Origin: Halocafeteria seosinensis
Taxonomy: Eukaryota
Length of the DNA: 64,000 nucleotides
Reading direction: 5' to 3'
Assembly (NCBI GenBank): GCA_001687465.1
Contig: LVLI01000233.1
Span: 1-64,000, forward strand
In this document: in pieces, positions 60,288-64,000 of the stretch
Position numbering within the stretch: position 1 is the stretch's first letter
Layout: every line of letters starts with the position of its first letter
Notes under the pieces: generated by a model
Seen by the model: only the letters and a program-made list of their open reading frames with translations
The model's database searches: none
Told to the model about the DNA's origin: nothing
Translations under genes and position numbers: made by a program

Positions 60288-63200
60288 TAACGCTTCCGAA
60301 GCAATATAGTACTCCTTATCCGTTAATCGGAGGGACATGGACTCTTCTTCCAGATAGGCAATGGGTGCCCACACAAAATATCCGCTGCAGCCGAATACAA
60401 ATTGTATGGGATCTGGATATGATGGAAGCCACCCGTTTCACATACCTCACACCTGCCAGCAAGTGTGCATCCATGGGATATGGTTGGCTTTTGTAAGCCT
60501 TTTCCTGAAACAAAGAGTATGCACAACGGCAGTAAAACGATTAGTAGTAGCCTACAGCGGCGGAAATCTCTTAACGTACCAAGTCATTTTGGATCTTGTA
60601 TTCATCTCTGGGTGTGTCGCTGAAGACATGCTCCAAAATACGGGAATTTGTTTTTGCAGTATTCACAAGAATGCCATGATAGACACTTGATGCGACCGGA
60701 TCCTGAAGAACCTCATCCTTGGAACGGACGGAAGCTGAACGTACGTCCACATATCGAGATGACTCCTCAGCTGCGTAGTAGGATTTCGTCAACTCGTCAG
60801 AATCGCATGCAAAGCCAAGGAATTCTCTCCATAACCTTAGTCGCAGCATTTGGACGGCACGTGTGACGTAGTAAGTCTTTCCGTTCATCACGCTTTCGCA
60901 TATATCATCCCTTGATTGAATATCAGTACCGGGAAGAGGTTGAGCCCTCCCAGGAATAAGCACTTCACTAGATATCACACTTCCCATTTCACTATCGCGG
61001 TCGCCGCCAAATGAGCGATCATTTATATTGGCAGAGGATACTATTGCAGAGCGGTCATCCACTATCATCAGTTTACTATGAATGAAAACTTGATCGGACT
61101 GTAGTAGGTTCTGTGTAAACTCATACGTCCGCGTCATAAGGAAGCAAACATAGTCAGTTAGATCAACTTGGGGGAACTCCTCCACCAGTCGGCCTAACAG
61201 CGAGTACTTGCCTCTCCATAGCGTTCGGTGTTCATAATTTACTATCGTTCTCCATTTTCCACCTTCCTCTTCGGGAAACGGAAGAACCACAATAACTCGA
61301 AACGTCTCTTGGAGTTTTATGGCCCTTCGGAGCCTTTGCCAGATGGCGAGGAACACGCGATTAGAAATGCCCGCGCATAAACTGGATACAACGTACTGAT
61401 TCTCTACATATATGTAGTACTCTGCAGTGTCGATGAGTCTTAAATACTCTCCATATATTTCCTGCCGCTTCACCGCAGAACCACTCCACGGGCCCCACGA
61501 AGTTAGCATTCTACTTGCGGCTCTTGGAAGCTTCGACAATAAGCGGTTGTACGGTGCATTTGCGTCCGTGGCAGATTCCCGGTTTTGATGAACTCGGTCG
61601 TCTCCCTCCTCACTAGGAGGATGCGATAAATTGCTCTCAACAGAAGTCATTGCAGAAGCACCAGGTGCATTTCTAGGTACTTCAATCTCTTGGGTATGGG
61701 AAGAGGCACATGGGCCCGTCGGCACTTTGATGTAGACAGTGTCGGATGTATCATCCGATTCAGAAGTCTCGGACCGCATCCGAAAATGGTCTTCTTGGAT
61801 TCTAGGCGATAATGTAGGCGAAGTCGACATTGTCGTACCCTGCAGTCGTATTTCTCCTGCTTCAGAAGTAGATAGCACACTCGCAACCCTTTGCGCAATT
61901 TCGGGGACGCTATAGTCCGGATCCTCGCTAACACAGGAGCTATTCACTGCCGTTTCTGAGTATGCCAGTTTTTGCGGAGTAGTTGATTCAACGGAATCGG
62001 AATCAAAAGATTCTCTGCTGCTGCCGGTCTCTGTTAATTCAGTCACTAGCTCACGCTTCTCTTTGGCTTCATTCCTGGCGCGAAGACGTGCCCAGGCCAC
62101 CGAAAAACGAAACAAACCAGCAAGACGGTTTTTGGGCTGCGTTTCCTTCTTGATGATTACATCAATTGAGCTGCTACCCGCTGCTGCAGCTTGACGCGGA
62201 TTTCTGTCAGGGGTATTATTGCCGTCTGCCTCAGATGGCAGACTAAGTGCGGTGGGTAGCTGTCGGTTGTCTCTGGGAAACTCTGTTGCATGCCCACTTC
62301 CGGCAACAAACGTGGTCTCAACGCCCTCCGCTTTTGGTCCTTCATTTCGTCTCTTTTCTGGTATGTTCTCAGAAAAAAGTACAGGTTTAGAGAGAAAACC
62401 AATAGAAAAACTGTGGTAGGTCAATCGTGGTTTCGTAATGTCTACTTCTGCTGGTGCCCGCAAAATGCGCTCTGTACTTTGAGCATTTTCTTGCAGAGTT
62501 TTGCCCCTCGATGAACCCTTAGGGAAAACATGTTGCTCACGAGGCAGTATTACCGATTGGCCGTTCTCCAAGTTCTGTATCCCATGGGGATGCCAAAGGA
62601 ACGCCCTCGGGATGCCGAGGCTTGCTGAGGGGTTAATGTTGTTGCGCCATGACAATCTAAATTGCTTTACCTGTAGTTTTTGCTCTACATTACTTAGTTC
62701 TGGAAGGCTTCGAAGACGAAGTTTTACATGATGTGATTTCCGATGATGGTTCCAACGGAGCACAAATGAGCGTGCGATGTCGAATCCTGCCCTGCCCGTT
62801 ACTAGAAATTGGACATCATGATGAGGCTCTCTAGGGTATCTCCGTCTATCTACCACATCTTGATACGGTTCGTTGACGCAGTCTTCTTCCGCCTGACTGT
62901 ACGGAGACTTGTAATCTAGCCCGACCCATGTACTGGAATCCTCGTCGAAGAGCCGATGCTTCCAGTTGTCCCAGCGCCCGATTAAGATATCAATACCTCC
63001 GATCATGGCCAATCGCTGGTCGACAACGCAGAATTTCTGATGGTGACTCCACTTAATGCTGTCGGTGGGGGTGTTTCCAACAAAGTGCTGAAGCTCTGGG
63101 TGGGTAATGAGCTGCAAGGAGGAGCGTTATGAAAACGATACAGCATAACACAAAAGCAATTACGAAAGCGAAATCTAAACCCACATGAATGTTCCTATGA

Positions 63201-63966
63201 TACTTTCGCATTCTCTTGTTGAAAACTGAACCCGGATAAATAGCATCTCTTAAGAATCCTACCTCAGACCACAGCAGAATATATACATGAACGCCTTCCG
63301 CGGCCTTGGAGATTAGCAAAGAGTCCAACCTGCACACAGACAAGTGTTGTCATACAGAACCCTACGGACGCATCTTAGCAACTTTGCAACGAACCTATCC
63401 CGTAAAGGATTCCGTCGTAAGTAGAAAAAATCAGAGAAAAACCATCCACTGATGAAGATGTCGTACTGAGCTTTACGGAAGAGATCCACAACAAAGTCAA
63501 AGTAAGCTTCTCCGTCAACTAATGGACAGACGGGCACATGGGGAGACCACGGTTGTGCAGGCAAGTACGGATTGTGTAGTCGGGAATCACCACTATATTC
63601 GTCGATATTGAAATGAGTCCAAATATTCTCAAACTGGGGGATATTCTCTCGATGTATGGTGAAAGTCTTGTCATCGTCGTCGTTGTCTCCTTCCAGTTCC
63701 AAAGAAAACCCCTGAGTCCCCTGACACGTCTGTTCCAGCAGCGCTCCGTATTGCGCTTGACGGTATTGGAACTCTATCTGGCTGTACAATTGAAAGCATT
63801 CCACGGGACTAGGACTAATCCCGGGATATTCCTCGTGTCCTTTTAGATCTTCAGTCGGAGATTCCACATGACTCTTCATTTCAGACTCTTCCTCTGACCA
63901 CGTGACGAAGCCTGTAAACAGACAGTATCCAGGAAACGAGGATTCCTGAGACGAAGAGGATGCCAT
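60282..63966 (-). CDS. Phospholipase D (two HKD motifs), multi-exon; start tentative (ATG 63966)
   Basis: PLVDGEAYF, DIFISGWFFS, WSHHQKFCVVD, REPHHD, YIYVENQY and IHSKLMIVDD...SSANINDRSFGGDRDSE. The spliced C-terminus reads GYFVWAPIAYLEEESMSLRLTDKEYYIASEALS*. Confidence 0.9.
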
Positions 63967-64000
63967 AGAAAAAAAAGAACTCAGATCACACATGGGCCTA

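Overview
Gene-dense eukaryotic nuclear DNA in the standard genetic code, with many short (mostly ~50-100 nt) GT-AG introns and very short intergenic spacers. The H3 and H2B sequences resemble stramenopile histones as I recall them, and several genes are cilium/centriole-type, so the host is probably a flagellated stramenopile-like protist (inference). In order, the window holds: tRNA-Leu(TAA), NUF2, a KDM6/UTX-like JmjC demethylase, a WD40 protein, a multi-exon CCDC17-like gene, MPDU1, villin, SNIP1/Pml1, prefoldin 3, a short Tom22, a COPI-associated protein, a CML21-like EF-hand protein, NAA35, LSM5, a giant SFI1-like ORF, an ankyrin-BTB protein, a core-histone quartet (H4<-/->H3, H2A<-/->H2B), a large kinesin with an internal motor, a CX5R phosphatase, a cytosolic carboxypeptidase, an NCS/calaxin-like EF-hand protein and phospholipase D. 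The most notable signal is non-coding. All four intronless histone genes carry a near-identical 3' hairpin (AAAC-GGTGTT-TWTTA-AACACC-WCCT), one nucleotide longer than the metazoan SLBP stem-loop and with no visible U7-type downstream element. The two divergent histone promoters also share two motifs. Two convergent gene pairs overlap at their stop codons. Exon boundaries were read by eye, and no database searches were run.
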